Positions 1 through 8,588 of a stretch of 32,000 bases of DNA are shown here, piece by piece. Numbering within the stretch: the first letter of the stretch is position 1; each line of letters starts with the position of its first letter. The position numbers were made by a program, and so were the translations under genes. The DNA is from Mycobacterium tuberculosis H37Rv. Its GTDB lineage: Bacteria; Actinomycetota; Actinomycetes; Mycobacteriales; Mycobacteriaceae. The stretch lies in the NCBI RefSeq assembly GCF_000195955.2, contig NC_000962.3, positions 270,001 to 302,000 of the forward strand, in the 5' to 3' direction. The notes beneath the pieces are model-generated. The model was not told the origin of the DNA, did no database searches, and worked only from the letters and a program-made list of their open reading frames with translations.

Positions 1-1564
1 CGACCCGATAAAGAGCCAATTCGTCGTCGCGGTGCGCCGCTGCTAGCCGGCCGAGGGTGCGTGCGGCCGCGCCCATGTCGCCGGCGCTGTCGGATTCGAC
101 GACCAGCCACCCGACGCCGGCCGCGGCCAAGGTTGACGGATGGGGCCCGGTGAGCAGCAGCTCCTGGACCGCCCGGGCGTGCGCGTCTTCGCCGGGAACG
201 GTCACCCCGGAAATGACCAGATCACCTGTGGTCAGCACATCGGCGCGAACCCAACGGGGGAGCGGATCGAGTACCGGTGCCGAACCGGACCACGAGAAGC
301 GCCGCATGGTGCCCGCGGGCAAGACCGCAACCGTCCGGGGATCGGCATTGATCGCCGCTGCCACCGCCGCCCAACCGGACGGGTAGTGCACAGGCGCAAC
401 CTTGCCCCACACCCCCCACGCCAAGTCAGGCAGCGTTAGGACCAGCGCCAGACAGCAGACCACCGCCGCCGTTGCCGGTCGCAGCCAGCGTCGCAGCGTT
501 AGCACCGTGCCCGCACCGGAGAGTGTGTATCCGGGTACCGCCAGCGCGACCCACTTCTGTCCGTCGCGCAGCACGCCCAGGCCGGGTGCGGCATCGACCA
601 CCACCCGTAGCGCGTGCAGACCTGGGCCGGTCGCAAGGACAGCCGGGACCATCACGGACACCGCCGCTAGTGTCAGCAGCGGCACTGCCACGGGCCGGCG
701 CGCCACAGTCGGTAGTCCGATCGCCACCATGGCGAGTAGTACGACGGCGGATGCCACTGCGAAAAGCGTTGTCCGCGAGCTAGGTACGGCCTCGCCGTTC
801 CAGATCCCACCGAGACTGGCCAAGCTGCCAAGCGTGCCCAGCCCCGGTTCGGCGCGTGGCGCGAACGCGGTAACCCCAAGCTGATTGGCTGCCGTGTGGC
901 TGGTCAACGACGAGCCCAGCGCCGACGCCGTCAGCCAGGGCAGCGCACCCACCAGCGCGGAGCCCAACGCCGCGACCCCACATTGCCAGCGCGGGCGGCC
1001 CGCGCCGGGCATCGCCACGCACACCACCGCAACTGTCGCGGCGAGTAGCAGCCCGGACGGGGTCAGGCCGGCCAGCGCAACCCAGAACGCCAGCCCAAAA
1101 AGCCCGAACCAACCCGCGCCAACCGTTGTTCGCATCGTTAACATCGCGGTCGCAACCCAGGGCAGACACCCATAGCCGACCAGCAGGCTCCAATGGCCCT
1201 GCAAAAGTCGTTCGGCCACATAGGGATTCCAGATCGCCAGCGTGATCGCGACAAACTGGCCGGCTGCCCCCGCTGCGGGTAGTGCCGTTGCGACCAGTCG
1301 GGCCGCGCCCCAGCCCGCCAGCCAAAGCCCCAGCAGCAGCAGCGCTTTCACCACGACGCCGCCGTCGACGAGGTGTGACGCCAAAGCGACCGCGAAGTCC
1401 TGCGGAGTCGCCCGGGGCGCCGATGTCAGCCCTAGGGCGTTGGCCGACACATACGACCGTGGTGTGGACACTGCATCGCGCAGCAGTAGGTATCCGGGCC
1501 GCAGTAGCGGCGCGGCCAACAGCAGCACCAAGACCAGCGCGTACCCCGGTCGGAACCAGCGCAC
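1..1564 (-). CDS. Conserved polytopic membrane protein; its 3' end lies beyond the window start (matches Rv0226c)
   Basis: Absent from the ORF track because the frame runs off the window. Hand translation of the minus strand starts at GTG 1564, the first start after the in-frame TAA at 1576-1574. It gives an uninterrupted frame of about 521 codons (VRWFRPGYALVLVLLLAAPLLRPGYLLLRDAV...GLWLAGWGAARLV...) with many hydrophobic helices. The + strand ORFs 402-884, 885-1175 and 1242-1577 look like its antisense shadows. Confidence 0.8.
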   Translation of the reverse strand, partial: MRWFRPGYALVLVLLLAAPLLRPGYLLLRDAVSTPRSYVSANALGLTSAPRATPQDFAVALASHLVDGGVVVKALLLLGLWLAGWGAARLVATALPAAGAAGQFVAITLAIWNPYVAERLLQGHWSLLVGYGCLPWVATAMLTMRTTVGAGWFGLFGLAFWVALAGLTPSGLLLAATVAVVCVAMPGAGRPRWQCGVAALGSALVGALPWLTASALGSSLTSHTAANQLGVTAFAPRAEPGLGTLGSLASLGGIWNGEAVPSSRTTLFAVASAVVLLAMVAIGLPTVARRPVAVPLLTLAAVSVMVPAVLATGPGLHALRVVVDAAPGLGVLRDGQKWVALAVPGYTLSGAGTVLTLRRWLRPATAAVVCCLALVLTLPDLAWGVWGKVAPVHYPSGWAAVAAAINADPRTVAVLPAGTMRRFSWSGSAPVLDPLPRWVRADVLTTGDLVISGVTVPGEDAHARAVQELLLTGPHPSTLAAAGVGWLVVESDSAGDMGAAARTLGRLAAAHRDDELALYRV

Positions 1565-1573
1565 GTCGCCTGA

Positions 1574-2839
1574 TTAGCGCCGCTCGGGCGGGCCGGGGTC
1601 GGGATGCCCCGCGTCCGGCGGTGGGGGCGGCTGCGCCGAACCGAGTCGGGGCGGATCCGAGCCACTCGGCTCGCGCGGGAAGTCGGGGCGCTGCGTGGGC
1701 AGTTTCTCGGTCTCAGCCTCCGCTCCAGGCACCGGTTCTTCGAAGCCGCCGCGGCGGTAATCGTGGTCGTCCCGATCCCCGCTGGCAGCCATCAGCGCAC
1801 CTTCGGTCCGAAGGCTAAACGACGCGAACAGACCACCGCCGACCAGCGCGACCAAGCCGGCCGCGGTGAATGTAATCGGCAGCACCCGCGACCACAGCGC
1901 CAGCCGGTCGCGCTCGTCGCGAGCCGCGTTGACCTGGGATTCGACCGTCTCTTCGGTGGAGGTGACCTGGTAGTCGGCAAACGTGACCTCTGGTTTGAGT
2001 GGGTCACGAGCGAAGTAGTGGTTGGCGCGTTCGGTTTCTTTGACGATGGTGCCGGACACCGGGTCCACCCAGAATGTTCGCTGCGCCGCGTAATAGCGGG
2101 TCATGGTGATTTGCTCGTTCGGATCACCGGGTAGCCCCCACATCGCCGCTGATGTGGTGACTTTGCCGTCCTCGTCGCCGGCGTACAGCGACGGGTATTT
2201 GAGGGGAGCCACCAGCTTCCCCTCGGGGGTGTAGCCGACGTTCTGCGTGAAGCGGTATGTGGTTAAACCGTTGACGTCCTCCTCGCCTTCGTAGTTGGCG
2301 TCAAACGCCTTCTGTGCGATGGGGTCGAAATAGGGGTATGTCTTCTTCTCGGTGTGAAACGGGAACCGGTAAGACAGCCCGTCGTGCCGCAGCGGAATGG
2401 CCGTCGGCGGGTTCTCGTCATTGAGGCCCCGCGGTTTCTGGACGGCGCCGCCGGTGTGGGTGTCGTCGGAGACAGCCATCGCCGTCTTGCGGTTGAGGGT
2501 GACCGTGTCGACGATCGCCAGCAGCAGCCCGCTGTCCTTCTGCTTGTCGGTGCGCCGGAGCGAGGATCCGACCTGAAGTGTGACCACGTCGGCGTTGGCG
2601 GGCGATTCGACGGTGACTTGCTGTTGGGACACCAGCGGCACGTCCTGGTTGACCACGATGTGCTCGGTGGCTAGCGACGCCGAGTCGAGTGCCGTTCCAG
2701 TGCCGTCGCTGATCAACGTGGCATCGATATCGAGTGGGATCTCAGCGATCCTGCTGGTGGTATAGGTCGACAGCAGCAGGGCGGCGATCAGTAGGGCGGC
2801 TCCGAGTCCGATAGCGCCGCACGCGGCGAACCGCAACAT
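1574..2839 (-). CDS. Conserved membrane protein, DUF3068/PorA-like family (Rv0227c)
   Basis: ORF track 1574..2875 (433 aa). I place the start at the internal ATG 2839 (421 aa), which opens directly into a TM helix (MLRFAACGAIGLGAALLIAALLL). The protein has a large central soluble domain, a second TM (LPITFTAAGLVALVGGGLFASF) and a Pro-rich tail. Recognised as Rv0227c. Confidence 0.9.
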   Translation of the reverse strand: MLRFAACGAIGLGAALLIAALLLSTYTTSRIAEIPLDIDATLISDGTGTALDSASLATEHIVVNQDVPLVSQQQVTVESPANADVVTLQVGSSLRRTDKQKDSGLLLAIVDTVTLNRKTAMAVSDDTHTGGAVQKPRGLNDENPPTAIPLRHDGLSYRFPFHTEKKTYPYFDPIAQKAFDANYEGEEDVNGLTTYRFTQNVGYTPEGKLVAPLKYPSLYAGDEDGKVTTSAAMWGLPGDPNEQITMTRYYAAQRTFWVDPVSGTIVKETERANHYFARDPLKPEVTFADYQVTSTEETVESQVNAARDERDRLALWSRVLPITFTAAGLVALVGGGLFASFSLRTEGALMAASGDRDDHDYRRGGFEEPVPGAEAETEKLPTQRPDFPREPSGSDPPRLGSAQPPPPPDAGHPDPGPPERR

Positions 2840-2866
2840 GACTGCCCGGTTCACCTGCGCCGCTCT

Positions 2867-2944
2867 CCCCCGCAAGCGGGTGGTGCCCCCACCTCATCGC
2901 TTCGTCCCCCGCAAGCGGGCGGTGCCCCCACTGCATCGTCGCCG
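2867..2944. repeat. Two-copy 39-bp tandem direct repeat in the Rv0227c/Rv0228 divergent intergenic region
   Basis: Copy 1 (2867-2905) is CCCCCGCAAGCGGGTGGTGCCCCCACCTCATCGCTTCGT. Copy 2 (2906-2944) is CCCCCGCAAGCGGGCGGTGCCCCCACTGCATCGTCGCCG. The first ~33 nt are near-identical. Each copy contains the mini-hairpin CCCG-CAAG-CGGG. The repeat also shows in the translated shadow ORFs (PRKRVVPPPHR / PRKRAVPPLHR). Confidence 0.85.
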
Positions 2945-3054
2945 GCGCGGTTCACGTTGCTGTGACCTCCTTATGGTCCATGGACTCGTCGGTCGGGACC
3001 CGCTCCGACCTGACCAAGCGAGGCAAAACCCGTTTGACCCTAACAGCAGAGCGT

Positions 3055-4278
3055 ATGGGCCCGGCGGACGAATCGGGTGCACCGATTCGCCCGCAAACAC
3101 CTCACAGGCACACTGTGTTGGTGACCAACGGCCAGGTGGTGGGTGGGACCCGTGGCTTTCTGCCCGCCGTCGAGGGAATGCGCGCATGCGCGGCCGTCGG
3201 CGTCGTGGTCACTCACGTCGCGTTCCAGACCGGGCACTCTAGCGGTGTGGGCGGGCGGCTGTTCGGCCGCTTCGATCTGGCGGTGGCGGTGTTCTTCGCC
3301 GTGTCGGGATTCTTGTTGTGGCGCGGACACGCCGCAGCGGCGCGAGATCTGCGGTCACACCCGCGAACCGGTCCGTATCTGCGATCGCGGGTGGCGCGCA
3401 TCATGCCGGCCTATGTGGTGGCGGTGGTCGTCATCCTGTCCCTGCTGCCCGACGCGGATCATGCCAGCCTGACCGTGTGGCTGGCCAACCTGACGCTCAC
3501 CCAGATCTATGTGCCGCTGACCCTGACCGGCGGCCTGACCCAGATGTGGAGCCTGTCCGTGGAGGTCGCCTTCTATGCGGCGCTGCCGGTCTTAGCGTTG
3601 CTGGGCCGCCGAATTCCGGTCGGTGCCCGAGTGCCGGCGATCGCGGCGCTGGCGGCGCTCAGCTGGGCGTGGGGCTGGCTCCCGTTGGACGCCGGGTCGG
3701 GGATCAACCCGTTGACCTGGCCGCCGGCGTTCTTCTCGTGGTTCGCCGCGGGAATGTTGCTGGCGGAGTGGGCCTACAGCCCGGTCGGGTTGCCGCATCG
3801 GTGGGCGCGCCGCCGCGTGGCGATGGCGGTTACCGCGCTGCTGGGTTACCTGGTGGCGGCCTCGCCGTTGGCGGGTCCGGAGGGCCTGGTTCCGGGCACG
3901 GCGGCACAATTCGCGGTGAAGACCGCGATGGGCTCGCTGGTAGCGTTCGCGCTGGTGGCGCCGCTGGTGCTGGACCGGCCCGACACGTCGCACCGGCTGC
4001 TGGGCAGCCCCGCGATGGTGACCCTGGGCCGTTGGTCCTATGGCCTGTTCATCTGGCATCTGGCCGCGCTGGCCATGGTGTTTCCCGTGATCGGAGCGTT
4101 CCCGTTTACCGGGCGAATGCCGACGGTGCTGGTGTTGACGCTGATCTTCGGTTTCGCGATCGCCGCGGTCAGCTACGCCCTGGTCGAGTCGCCCTGCCGG
4201 GAAGCGTTGCGCCGCTGGGAGCGCCGCAACGAACCCATATCGGTCGGCGAACTTCAGGCGGACGCGATTGCACCCTGA
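3055..4278 (+). CDS. Integral-membrane acyltransferase, acyltransferase-3 family (Rv0228)
   Basis: ORF track 2962..4278. The start is ambiguous: GTG 2962 gives 438 aa and ATG 3055 gives 407 aa. About 10 TM helices. The acyltransferase-3-like N-terminal region reads AVEGMRACAAVGVVVTHVAF...FFAVSGFLLW. Recognised as Rv0228. Confidence 0.88.
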   Translation: MGPADESGAPIRPQTPHRHTVLVTNGQVVGGTRGFLPAVEGMRACAAVGVVVTHVAFQTGHSSGVGGRLFGRFDLAVAVFFAVSGFLLWRGHAAAARDLRSHPRTGPYLRSRVARIMPAYVVAVVVILSLLPDADHASLTVWLANLTLTQIYVPLTLTGGLTQMWSLSVEVAFYAALPVLALLGRRIPVGARVPAIAALAALSWAWGWLPLDAGSGINPLTWPPAFFSWFAAGMLLAEWAYSPVGLPHRWARRRVAMAVTALLGYLVAASPLAGPEGLVPGTAAQFAVKTAMGSLVAFALVAPLVLDRPDTSHRLLGSPAMVTLGRWSYGLFIWHLAALAMVFPVIGAFPFTGRMPTVLVLTLIFGFAIAAVSYALVESPCREALRRWERRNEPISVGELQADAIAP

Positions 4279-4305
4279 CTCGGCCGGCTGACACCTGGCG
4301 GGCAC

Positions 4306-4719
4306 CTAGTCGATCGTGCCCGCTGGCACGATCCACTGACAGGGCTGACCGGTCACGGCGGCGATGAGATCGAAGTCCGCGTCGTAATGTAGAACGACCA
4401 GCCCGTGTTCCTCGCCGGCCGCGGCAATGAGCAGGTCCGGGATTTTGCGACCGCGCTGACTACGCGCAGCGAGTAGGCGCTGGATTCCAAGCGCGCGGCG
4501 ATGATGCGATGCCGTCGATTCGATGAGGTCGAACGCGCTCAATGCCACCATGAGCCGCTGCCACTCGGTCTCATTGCGTGCGGAGTACCCGACTTCAAGG
4601 TCGGTTATTTGCGTGCGAGCGACGGCACCGGCCTCAGCCAACGGTTCCACCGCCCGCCGCACGGCGGGCCGGCTGAGCCTTTTGATCACGCTGGTGTCGA
4701 GAAGATATTTCAGCGCCAT
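4306..4719 (-). CDS. vapC51: PIN-domain toxin VapC (137 aa)
   Basis: C-terminal 137 aa of ORF 4306..5214, beginning MALKYLLDTSVIKRL. The PIN acidic residues are in the usual order (LLDTS, DLEVGY, IPDLLIAA, HYDADFD). ATG 4719 overlaps the stop of the upstream antitoxin ORF (ATGGCGCTGA). The symbol comes from my recollection that Rv0229c was later named vapC51. Confidence 0.85.
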   Translation of the reverse strand: MALKYLLDTSVIKRLSRPAVRRAVEPLAEAGAVARTQITDLEVGYSARNETEWQRLMVALSAFDLIESTASHHRRALGIQRLLAARSQRGRKIPDLLIAAAGEEHGLVVLHYDADFDLIAAVTGQPCQWIVPAGTID

Positions 4720-4904
4720 GCTTCGGCGCGGTCCTCTGGCGGTGCGGCGGCCAGCGTGTCGAGAGCGGCGGCGACGCGTTGAACTCGCTGAGACGTGGCT
4801 TGCCGCAGGGCCGCGTTGACGGTGTCTTTGATCGTCGTCGTGCCCAATTCTGTACGAGCCATGTTTAAAGCCTGCTCGTCGATGTCGACGAGATGTTTCG
4901 CCAT
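4710..4904 (-). CDS. VapB-type antitoxin (64 aa)
   Basis: ORF track 4710..4904, MAKHLVDIDEQALNMARTELGTTTIKDTVNAALRQ.... This N-terminus is typical of the small VapB (DUF2191-like) antitoxin family. It overlaps the PIN gene start by 10 nt and sits directly behind an AT-rich promoter. Confidence 0.8.
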   Translation of the reverse strand: MAKHLVDIDEQALNMARTELGTTTIKDTVNAALRQATSQRVQRVAAALDTLAAAPPEDRAEAWR

Positions 4905-4940
4905 GAATCGGAGTATATATCAATAAGGAGCCGATATATA
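4905..4940 (-). promoter_or_regulatory. Candidate leaderless promoter plus inverted-repeat operator of the vapB/vapC pair
   Basis: Minus-sense TATACT (-10, TANNNT) lies at 4917-4912, 7 nt before ATG 4904. An 8-bp inverted repeat, TATATATC (4914-4921) / GATATATA (4933-4940), has an 11-nt spacer. The stretch is strikingly AT-rich for this genome. Confidence 0.5.
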
Positions 4941-4982
4941 TGCACAATGCCAAGCCCATGGCATTCGCCCGGCGCGGCTGTC

Positions 4983-5963
4983 TCACTGATAGCCGCCCTG
5001 CCGCTCGAAGATGCGGCGCGGGTTGTCGACGAGCATGGTGTGCAGCTGCTCGTCGGTGACGCCGTGCTGCTTCAGTGCGGGGATGACGTCGTTGTGGATG
5101 TGGAGGTAATGCCAATTCGGCATCGCCACCGGCACCAGCTCCTCGGGAAGCGCGTCGAAATAGCAGCAGGCGTCGTGTGATAGCACCATCTTGTCGGCAT
5201 GGCCGCGCTCGCACATTCGGGCCACGATGTTCACCCGGTCCTGAAACGGTGAGATCACGTCGACGCCGAACCGGTCCATCCCGAGGTAGGAGCCGGCGGC
5301 GATGAGCTCTTCCAGGTAGCCGACGTCGGTGCTGTCGCCGCAGTGTCCGATAACCACCCGGCTCAGGTCCACCCCCTCCTCGGCGAAGATGCGTTGCTGG
5401 TCAAGGCCGCGCCGCAGCCCGGCGTGGGTGTGGGTGGAGATCGGCGCCCCGGTGCGTTTGTGTGCTTGGGCGACCGCGCGCAACACCCGCTCGACACCAG
5501 GGGTGAGGCCGGGTTCGTCGGTGGCGCACTTGAGGATTCCCGCCTTGATGCCGGTGTCGGCGATGCCGTGCTCGATGTCGCGGACGAACATGTCGGTCAT
5601 GATCTCCGGGCCGTCCAGCTGTGCGCCCGGCCCGAGGTAGTGGAAGTAGAACGGGACGTCGTTGTAGGTGTACAAGCCGGTGGCCACGACGATGTTCAGC
5701 TCGGTGGCCGCGGCCACCCGGGCGATGCGCGGGATGTATCGGCCCAGCCCGATCACCGTGAGGTCGACGATGGTGTCCACGCCGCGGGCCTTGAGTTCGC
5801 CTAGCCGGGCGATGGCGCCGGCCACCCGCTTGTCCTCGTCGCCCCAGGCTTCCGGGTAGTTCTGCGCAATCTCGGTGGTCATGATGAAGACGTGCTCGTG
5901 CATCAGCGTGACGCCGAGATCAGCGGTGTCGATGGGTCCGCGAGCGGTATTTAGTTCTGGCAC
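4983..5963 (-). CDS. php: Phosphotriesterase-homology protein (amidohydrolase superfamily, 326 aa)
   Basis: ORF track 4983..6230. Homology starts at VPELNTARGPIDTADLGVTLMHEHVF (GTG 5963), which includes the HxH metal motif. The upstream 89 codons are low-complexity with no homology. Recognised as Rv0230c. Confidence 0.9.
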   Translation of the reverse strand: MPELNTARGPIDTADLGVTLMHEHVFIMTTEIAQNYPEAWGDEDKRVAGAIARLGELKARGVDTIVDLTVIGLGRYIPRIARVAAATELNIVVATGLYTYNDVPFYFHYLGPGAQLDGPEIMTDMFVRDIEHGIADTGIKAGILKCATDEPGLTPGVERVLRAVAQAHKRTGAPISTHTHAGLRRGLDQQRIFAEEGVDLSRVVIGHCGDSTDVGYLEELIAAGSYLGMDRFGVDVISPFQDRVNIVARMCERGHADKMVLSHDACCYFDALPEELVPVAMPNWHYLHIHNDVIPALKQHGVTDEQLHTMLVDNPRRIFERQGGYQ

Positions 5964-6057
5964 GTCACTGATGCTAGGCCGCAATCGGTGTCTTGCGGGG
6001 CCGCAGTGCAGTAGCGTCACCCTCGTCGTTGACCGAACCGCTCGGGAGCCAATTCTT

Positions 6058-7764
6058 ATGCTGCTCAACCCCAACCATTTGACACGCAAATACCCAGACC
6101 GTCGCTCCGGGGAGATCATGGCCGCGACGGTGGACTTCTTCGAGTCCAGGGGGAAGGCCCGGCTCAAGCACGACGACCACGAGCGGATCTGGTACTCGGA
6201 CTTCCTGGACTTCGTCGGGCGGGAACGCATCTTTGCTTCCCTACTGACGCCGGCCTCCTATGGCGCCGATGATTGCCGCTGGGACACCTACCGGATCAGC
6301 GAGTTCGCCGAGATCATGGGCTTCTACGGGCTGAGCTACTGGTACCCCTTCCAGGTGACCGCCCTAGGCCTGGGCCCGATCTGGATGAGCGCCAACGAGG
6401 ACGCCAAGCGCAAGGCCGCCGCGGGGCTCGAGGCCGGCGAAGTGTTCGCCTTCGGCCTGTCCGAACAGACCCACGGCGCCGACGTCTATCAGACCGACAT
6501 GATCCTTACCCCCAGCGACGGCGGCTGGACCGCCAACGGCGAGAAGTACTACATCGGCAACGCCAACGTGGCCCGGATGGTCTCCACCTTCGGCAAGATC
6601 GCCGGCACCCCAGAAAGCCAGGAGTACGTCTTCTTCGTCGCCGACTCCCAGCACGAGCGGTATGACCTGATCAAGAATGTGGTGAACTCGCAGAACTATG
6701 TGGCCAATTACGCGCTGCGCGATTACCCGGTCACCGAGGCCGACATCCTGCATCGTGGCGCCGAAGCCTTCCACGCCGCCCTCAACACGGTCAACGTCTG
6801 CAAGTACAACCTGGGTTGGGGTGCCATCGGAATGTGCACCCACGCCCTCTACGAGTCGGTCACCCACGCGGCCAACCGTCACCTGTACGGCACTGTGGTG
6901 ACCGACTTCAGCCACGTGCGGCGGCTGCTCACCGACGCCTACGTGCGGCTAATTGCGATGAAGCTGGTCGCCAGCCGGGCCAGCGACTACATGCGCAGCG
7001 CGTCGGCCGCCGACCGTCGCTACCTGCTCTACAGCCCGCTGACCAAGGCGAAGGTCACCAGCGAAGGCGAGCGGGTCATCACCGCCCTGTGGGACGTCAT
7101 TGCGGCCAAAGGGGTGGAAAAGGACACGTTTTTCGAGACCGTGGCTCGCGAGATTGGCCTGCTGCCCAGGTTGGAAGGCACCGTGCACATCAACATCGGG
7201 CTACTCGGCAAATTCATGCCCAACTACCTGTTCGCTCCCGACTCCACGCTGCCGGTCATCCCGCGTCGCGACGACGCCGCCGATGACGCGTTCCTGTTTG
7301 CCCAGGGACCCACCGGGGGCTTGGGTAAGGTGCGTTTCCACGACTGGCGCGCGTCATTTGACACCTGCGCGCATCTGCCTAATGTCGCACTGCTGCGCGA
7401 GCAAGTCGACGTGTTCGCCGAGCTGCTGGCCAGCGCCACCCCGGACGCGGCACAGCAGAAGGATATCGACTTTGCCTTCGGCGTGGGACAACTCTTCGCG
7501 AACGTGCCCTATGCCCAGCTCATTTTGGAGGAGGCCCGGCTATCTGGTGTCGACGAGGCCTTGATCGACGAGATCTTCGGCGTACTGGTTCGGGACTTCA
7601 ACACCCATGCCGTCGAGCTGCACGGCAGGTCCGCCACGACAGCCGAACAGGCTCGGTTCGCCATGCGAATGGTCCGTCGGCCGGTGCACGATCCCGCCCG
7701 CTACGACCAGATCTGGAAGGACCACGTGCTCGCGCTCAACGGCGCATATCAAATGGCACCATAG
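6058..7764 (+). CDS. fadE4: Acyl-CoA dehydrogenase (568 aa)
   Basis: ORF track 5875..7764. ATG 6058 (MLLNPNHLTRKYPD...) is preceded by GGGAG. The first 61 codons of the long ORF overlap the php 5' end and look non-coding. Recognised as Rv0231. Confidence 0.9.
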   Translation: MLLNPNHLTRKYPDRRSGEIMAATVDFFESRGKARLKHDDHERIWYSDFLDFVGRERIFASLLTPASYGADDCRWDTYRISEFAEIMGFYGLSYWYPFQVTALGLGPIWMSANEDAKRKAAAGLEAGEVFAFGLSEQTHGADVYQTDMILTPSDGGWTANGEKYYIGNANVARMVSTFGKIAGTPESQEYVFFVADSQHERYDLIKNVVNSQNYVANYALRDYPVTEADILHRGAEAFHAALNTVNVCKYNLGWGAIGMCTHALYESVTHAANRHLYGTVVTDFSHVRRLLTDAYVRLIAMKLVASRASDYMRSASAADRRYLLYSPLTKAKVTSEGERVITALWDVIAAKGVEKDTFFETVAREIGLLPRLEGTVHINIGLLGKFMPNYLFAPDSTLPVIPRRDDAADDAFLFAQGPTGGLGKVRFHDWRASFDTCAHLPNVALLREQVDVFAELLASATPDAAQQKDIDFAFGVGQLFANVPYAQLILEEARLSGVDEALIDEIFGVLVRDFNTHAVELHGRSATTAEQARFAMRMVRRPVHDPARYDQIWKDHVLALNGAYQMAP

Positions 7765-7862
7765 TGCGCCGCGTCGAGATCGACGCTGCCGTGTTGCCCA
7801 CTCGCACTTTCGCGCGCTGGTGTCAATCTCGACGCCAGCCTTGACCGTGATGCAGCGCACAG

Positions 7863-7880
7863 TAGAATGACCAGTGGTCA
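7863..7880 (+). promoter_or_regulatory. -10-like hexamer overlapped by a 13-bp palindrome; candidate autoregulatory operator of the TetR gene at 7899
   Basis: TAGAAT (7863-7868) is immediately followed and overlapped by TGACCA-G-TGGTCA (7868-7880). AAGGAGG (7888-7894) lies before ATG 7899. Confidence 0.5.
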
Positions 7881-7898
7881 CCAACGCAAGGAGGCCCC

Positions 7899-8588
7899 AT
7901 GCCGACGGTGACGTGGGCGCGTGTCGATCCGGCTCGCCGTGCCGCCGTGGTGGAAGCCGCCGAGGCTGAGTTCGGTGCGCACGGATTCTCCCGCGGCAGC
8001 TTGAACGTCATAGCCCGGCGTGCCGGAGTCGCCAAGGGCAGCCTGTTCCAGTACTTCGCGGACAAGCGCGACCTCTACGCGTTTATTGCCGACATCGCCA
8101 GCCAGCGAGTCCGCTCCTACATGGAGGACCTGATCCGCGAGCTGGACCCGAACCGGCCGTTCTTCGAATTCCTCACCGACCTGCTCGATGGCTGGGTCGC
8201 CTACTTCGCCGAGCATCCTCGGGAACGTGCGTTGCATGCTGCGGCGACCCTGGAGGTCGACACCGATGCCCGCATCAGCGTGCGCAGCGTCCTGCACCGC
8301 CACTACCTGGACGTGCTACGGCCGCTGGTGCGCGACGCGCACGCGCGGGGCGACCTGCGCGCAGATTCCGACACCGGTGCATTGATGTCGCTGCTGCTGC
8401 TGATCTTTCCGCACCTGGCGCTGGCTCCATACATGCGTGGTTTGGATCCGATCCTGGGCCTCGACGAGCCCACACCTGAGCAGCCCGCGCTGGCCGTGCG
8501 CAGGCTTGTCGCCGTGCTGGCGGCGGCCTTCGATGCCCAGCACCCCGCGACCAACTCAGCCCAGACCCGATCGGAGGAGATCACATGA
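7899..8588 (+). CDS. TetR/AcrR-family transcriptional regulator (229 aa, Rv0232)
   Basis: ORF track. The N-terminal HTH reads [37 protein letters not shown] strong SD precedes the start. Confidence 0.93.
   Translation: MPTVTWARVDPARRAAVVEAAEAEFGAHGFSRGSLNVIARRAGVAKGSLFQYFADKRDLYAFIADIASQRVRSYMEDLIRELDPNRPFFEFLTDLLDGWVAYFAEHPRERALHAAATLEVDTDARISVRSVLHRHYLDVLRPLVRDAHARGDLRADSDTGALMSLLLLIFPHLALAPYMRGLDPILGLDEPTPEQPALAVRRLVAVLAAAFDAQHPATNSAQTRSEEIT

Noticed and set aside
4940-5059. 39-codon + strand sORF preceded by a perfect AAGGAG (4925-4930)
   Set aside because: The SD-like hexamer lies in the spacer of the vapB promoter inverted repeat. The ORF is antisense to the php 3' end and encodes an Arg/Cys/Ala-rich string. 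It is probably coincidental.
4720-5214. N-terminal extension of the PIN-domain ORF, which would make a 226-302 aa membrane protein with a PIN domain
   Set aside because: The extension is low-complexity Arg/Ala/Pro sequence. It overlaps a well-formed antitoxin ORF in another frame and also the php 3' end. A standalone 137-aa PIN protein with an overlapping antitoxin stop is the simpler model.
5964-6230. Long-form starts for php (ATG 6230), fadE4 (GTG 5875) and fadE5 (ATG 25720)
   Set aside because: The extensions overlap the divergent neighbour or lack homology. Internal starts at 5963, 6058 and 25633 give family-typical N-termini, and the fadE4 and fadE5 starts have good SD sequences.
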